From Desulfarculia bacterium (GTDB lineage: Bacteria; Desulfobacterota; Desulfarculia; Adiutricales; JAGVGV01), in NCBI GenBank assembly GCA_963662445.1, contig OY759590.1, positions 3,520,249-3,584,248 of the forward strand: DNA of 64,000 bases, read 5' to 3'. The position numbers were made by a program, and so were the translations under genes. Below the pieces are notes generated by a model. The model was given only the letters and a program-made list of their open reading frames with translations, did not search any database and was not told the origin of the DNA. Shown here piece by piece: positions 61,879 to 64,000 of the stretch (within the stretch, counting starts at the first letter, position 1; the number at the start of each line of letters is the position of its first letter).

Positions 61879-63473
61879 GTAAAATCGGAAGCATTCCCGG
61901 TAGCTGGGAAACACCATGTGTTGAGGATGTTTGTGAAATCATTTCTGGTTATGGGTTCCCCAAAAAACTCCAAGGAAAATCAGTTGGCGACATTCCATTT
62001 TTCAAAGTTGGAGATATCTCGGAAGCGTGGCAAAAGAATAAAGTCGGGCTGGATATAGCAAACCATTACCTCAATTGGCAGGAAATGAAATCATTGAAAG
62101 CCCAGCCTCTACCACCAAACACTGTGGTATTTGCTAAAATCGGCGCTGCTATCGGCCTAAACAGACGAGCCATATTGAAACAACCTTCGTTAGTAGACAA
62201 CAACGTTATGGGTGTTTGGGCAGAATCGAGGTTTCTCAATACGTTTTTTTTGTTCCACTTTTTCTGTACTCTACGATTCGGAGAAAACTCCAGAGCTTCG
62301 ATAGTCCCATCGATACGAAAATCTGATGTTGGCAATGTTCAACTGCCGCTTCCACCTCTGAACGAACAACATCGCATCGTCTCCAAAATCGAAGAGCTCT
62401 TTTCCAAGCTGGATGCGGGAGTGGCCGCCTTGGAGCGGGTCAAGGCCAACCTGAAGCGGTATCGGGCTTCCGTGCTCAAGGCCGCCGTGGAAGGCAAGCT
62501 GACCGAGAAATGGCGGGCCGAGAACCCGGACCGGGAACCGGCTTCCAGGCTTCTCGAACGCATCCTGATTGAGCGCCGCCATAAATGGGAAGAAGAACAA
62601 CTGGCCAACTACCAGGCCAAGGGCCAGAAACCGCCCAAGGACTGGCGCTTCAAATACAAGGAGCCCGCCAAGCCGGACACCGCCGACCTGCCGGACTTGC
62701 CGGAGGGGTGGTGTTGGGCGACTGTGGACCAGATTTCCTGTTTCGTGACAAGCGGGTCTAGAGGTTGGGCTAAGTACTACTCCGAATCCGGCCCACTATT
62801 CATACGAGCCCAGGATATAAATAAAGATTGGCTGGACCTCACCAATATAGCCCACGTAAATGTCCCTGAATCGTCTGAAAAATTCAGAACCAGAACCCAA
62901 CAAGGAGACCTGCTTATTACCATCACGGGAGCGAATGTAACGAAGTCGGCGCTGGTGAGAGACGAAATAGGAGAGGCCTATGTGAGTCAGCACGTGGCGT
63001 TAGTTCATCCCGTAACGAGTATTCTTTTTGACTATGTTTTTCACTGGGTCATTTGTCCATCAAAAGGTCGTAATGAGCTTGAAAAACTGGCTTATGGAGC
63101 GGGAAAACCAGGACTAAACCTCGATAACGTCAGAACCTTATGCGTTGCTTTGCCGCCTAATGAGGAGGCAATAGAAATCGTCAACAGTTTGACCTCCTCG
63201 TTAGAAACGATTGAAAAGACCGAAATAGAAATTCGAAGGAATGCCCTGCGAGCTGCCCGCCTCCGTCAAGCCATCCTCAAACATGCCTTTGAAGGCAAGC
63301 TCGTTCCCCAGGACCCGAGCGACGAACCGGCCGCAAAACTATTGGAGCGCATCCGGGCGGAAAGAGCCAAAGCCGAAGACGCTCCCCAAACTGTAACCCG
63401 CAAGCCCCGCCGCCAAACGGCCCGGGCGAAGACAAGCCGCAACACCGCTGCGGGCCGGAATCCCGTGGAGTAA
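61875..63473 (+). CDS. hsdS: Type I restriction-modification specificity subunit
   Basis: Two lower-G+C target-recognition domains. Each is followed by a conserved helical spacer ('LPPLNEQHRIVSKIEELFSKLD...' and 'LPPNEEAIEIVNSLTSSLE...RQAILKHAFEGKLV'). It overlaps the hsdR stop (GTGA). Confidence 0.9.
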   Translation: MSKIGSIPGSWETPCVEDVCEIISGYGFPKKLQGKSVGDIPFFKVGDISEAWQKNKVGLDIANHYLNWQEMKSLKAQPLPPNTVVFAKIGAAIGLNRRAILKQPSLVDNNVMGVWAESRFLNTFFLFHFFCTLRFGENSRASIVPSIRKSDVGNVQLPLPPLNEQHRIVSKIEELFSKLDAGVAALERVKANLKRYRASVLKAAVEGKLTEKWRAENPDREPASRLLERILIERRHKWEEEQLANYQAKGQKPPKDWRFKYKEPAKPDTADLPDLPEGWCWATVDQISCFVTSGSRGWAKYYSESGPLFIRAQDINKDWLDLTNIAHVNVPESSEKFRTRTQQGDLLITITGANVTKSALVRDEIGEAYVSQHVALVHPVTSILFDYVFHWVICPSKGRNELEKLAYGAGKPGLNLDNVRTLCVALPPNEEAIEIVNSLTSSLETIEKTEIEIRRNALRAARLRQAILKHAFEGKLVPQDPSDEPAAKLLERIRAERAKAEDAPQTVTRKPRRQTARAKTSRNTAAGRNPVE

Positions 63474-63479
63474 TCAATC

Positions 63480-64000
63480 TTGAGCGCCGAAACTCAGAAC
63501 ATAGTCAACCGGGCCTGGAACTTCGCCCACGTCCTGCGGGACGACGGGCTGTCGTACATGGCGTACACCGAACAGATCACCTTTCTGCTGTTTCTGAAGA
63601 TGGCCCACGAACAGACCCAAACGCCCTACAACCGCCAGCCGATTGTGCCGCCGGAGCTGGGCTGGCCGAGTTTATTGGAAAAGGACGGCCAGGAACTTGA
63701 AGTGCATTACCGCCACATTCTGGAAACCCTGGGCCGGGAAAAGGGGATGCTGGGGGAAATCTTCAAGCGGGCCAAGCCGGAGATTCAGAATCCGGCCATC
63801 CTGAAAAAGCTGATCGTGGACCTGATCGACACGGAAAACTGGATGATGATGGAGGCCGACGTCAAGGGCGACATCTATGAAGGGCTGCTGGCCAAGAGCG
63901 CGGCGGAGTCGTCCAAGGGAGCCGGCCAATACTTCACCCCGCGTGAGCTCATCAAGGCCGTCGTGGAGGTCATGCGGCCCGGCCCGGAAGAAACCATCTG
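63480..64000 (+). CDS. hsdM: Type I restriction-modification methyltransferase subunit, N-terminal part (3' end outside window)
   Basis: TTG 63480 opens a frame that runs to the window edge. HsdM_N motifs 'LRDDGLSYMAYTEQITFLLFLKM' and 'GDIYEGLL', then 'GQYFTPRELI'. It is absent from the ORF track because no stop falls within the window. Confidence 0.85.
   Translation, partial: MSAETQNIVNRAWNFAHVLRDDGLSYMAYTEQITFLLFLKMAHEQTQTPYNRQPIVPPELGWPSLLEKDGQELEVHYRHILETLGREKGMLGEIFKRAKPEIQNPAILKKLIVDLIDTENWMMMEADVKGDIYEGLLAKSAAESSKGAGQYFTPRELIKAVVEVMRPGPEETI

Larger units (their letters stand above)
56834..64000. other. Putative accessory (defence) segment adjacent to selC; right end beyond window
   Basis: G+C drops visibly immediately after the tRNA, in 57967..58160, in the DUF3800 gene and in the hsdS TRDs. 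The gene content is TA-like and R-M. No integrase or att repeat is visible in the window. Confidence 0.45.

Noticed and set aside
1-64000. A scan for CRISPR arrays, rRNA genes, IS elements, transposases, integrases and prophage genes.
   Set aside because: I found none by eye: no regularly spaced direct repeats, no rRNA-like conserved blocks, and no DDE or tyrosine-recombinase-like ORFs in the track. A computational repeat search could still reveal short dispersed repeats I missed.

Overview
This is a 64-kb G+C-rich chromosomal segment. By eye most genes are near 60% G+C. The gene content suggests an anaerobic Desulfobacterota-type organism, but that is inference only. I support about 55 protein genes, one tRNA (tRNA-Sec, selC), one TPP riboswitch, and several promoters and terminators. 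I saw no rRNA, CRISPR array, transposase or integrase.

Layout:
- 1-1472: 3' part of a dimethylglycine/sarcosine-dehydrogenase-type FAD/GcvT fusion gene.
- 1794-4796: a hybrid sensor histidine kinase split by one in-frame TAA.
- 4.9-20.3 kb, minus strand: methyltransferase, GntR regulator, a 5-gene NitT/TauT-type ABC importer, Usp, and a taurine-type aminosulfonate operon. The operon encodes a TauA-like binding protein, an MmsA-type acylating aldehyde dehydrogenase, a class-III aminotransferase, an Xsc-like ThDP enzyme and GdhA.
- 20.4-23.4 kb: a 997-aa pseudo-receiver/receiver/PPDK-N (ATP-grasp) protein.
- 24.3-28.4 kb: a TPP riboswitch controlling a thiBPQ-type thiamine ABC importer.
- 28.4-30.9 kb: an 834-aa secreted protein with eight repeats.
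- 31.5-43 kb: a mixed accessory stretch. It holds an FGE-like protein, an ArsR/permease/DUF364 metal module, TetR, a frameshifted YkgJ-type Cys-cluster gene, cupin, an M24 peptidase, several Fe-S proteins and a methyltransferase.
- 43-56.6 kb: MCP, EamA, sufC/sufBD, then a tightly overlapping housekeeping string (dus, IspH fused to a UbiA-like membrane domain, nitroreductase, GT2, AlkD-like, pgeF, pyrK, pyrD).
- 56.7-64 kb: tRNA-Sec followed by a lower-G+C accessory segment. It carries an orphan AbiEi-type antitoxin, a DUF3800 gene translationally coupled to hsdR, then hsdS and the 5' part of hsdM.

The best candidates for something undescribed are the AbiEi / DUF3800 / type I R-M arrangement next to selC, the IspH-membrane fusion, the receiver-PPDK_N protein and the non-canonical composition of the aminosulfonate operon.

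All family assignments come from motif reading of the translations, with no database search. Start codons were chosen by RBS inspection and are approximate.
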